From Malacoraja senta (lineage: Eukaryota): a stretch of DNA of 47,797 bases. The position numbers were made by a program, and so were the translations under genes. The notes below the pieces were generated by a model. It saw only the letters and a list, made by a program, of their open reading frames with translations. It had not been told where the DNA came from and ran no database searches. Every line of letters starts with the position of its first letter. Position 1 is the first letter of the stretch. Of the stretch, positions 47,301-47,797 are shown piece by piece. The stretch is from assembly GCA_038087875.1 (NCBI GenBank), contig JAXLNO010005746.1, positions 62,001 through 109,797 on the forward strand, given 5' to 3'.

Positions 47301-47797
47301 AAATCATGCCCAGTACTTTGAGAAAGCGTGGCTGATCACATTCCAGTCCATTGATAAATAGTCATTGGCCTTGATTAAAGTCCCTCTGTCCTTAGTACAC
47401 CCAGTGGCCCTACCATTGTGAATGTCTACCCTTATTTGATGCCAAAAACAAATAACTTCACACTTATCATGGTTCAATACCGGCTGGCATTGCTCTGCCC
47501 AACATACCAGTTGCTTCTTATCCCTCTGTGGTCTATGATTATCGTACTATCCAAAATGCTACAATTTTGGTGTAATCTGTAAACACGTTAATCATACTTC
47601 CAACAATAACATCTAAGGCCGGCAGATGGGAATAGTGTCGATAAGGACATCTTGGTCGGCGTGGGGAAATTAGGTCCAAGGACATGTTTTCATGCTCTAT
47701 GTCTGACCACCAACATGAACATCTAAGTTGTCAATGTATGTAGTCATGGAACACCTCCAAGGAATGGGTGCATGTTGCGATATAAACATCTTACCAA
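32369..47797. repeat. Segmental/tandem duplication copy B (truncated by window end)
   Basis: Begins acctaggtctctggtggtgg as at position 1 and ends matching position 15439. Confidence 0.97.
41876..46994 (+). pseudogene. Second copy of the receptor (exons 41876-41972, 45270-45592, 46910-46994; TM exon expected just beyond the window), frameshifted in the V exon
   Basis: Same exons as copy A. AACAGGAAG becomes AACAGAAG at ~45366, giving a premature TGA at 45449-45451. May be a consensus error. Confidence 0.7.

Overview
Vertebrate, not prokaryotic, genomic DNA. The repeat families suggest a cartilaginous fish, probably a skate or ray (inference). The window is TE-dense (CR1 LINE fragments, V-SINEs, Penelope-type ends, one near full-length decayed L1, one Tc1 transposon) and is built from nested tandem duplications. 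Bases 1-15439 recur at 32369-47797 at roughly 99.9% identity (period about 32.36 kb). A smaller unit recurs at 1-6749, ~19880-32368 and 32369-39107, with the L1 full-length in one copy and internally deleted in two. Among the repeats is a complete, splice-phase-consistent five-exon gene for a single-IgV immune receptor of the CD300/pIgR/skate-MDIR type: leader 9518-9614, IgV 12911-13234, stalk 14552-14636, Arg-containing TM 15562-15669, tail 18977-19079; 238 aa; AATAAA at 19474. A second copy (41876-46994, running out of the window) has a 1-nt frameshift. It also differs by five non-synonymous and zero synonymous changes in the 3' part of the IgV exon. Orphan stalk-like exons suggest relics of further paralogues. 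Penelope-type ends carry degenerate hammerhead-ribozyme-like cores. All comparisons were made by eye, so difference counts and TE boundaries are approximate.
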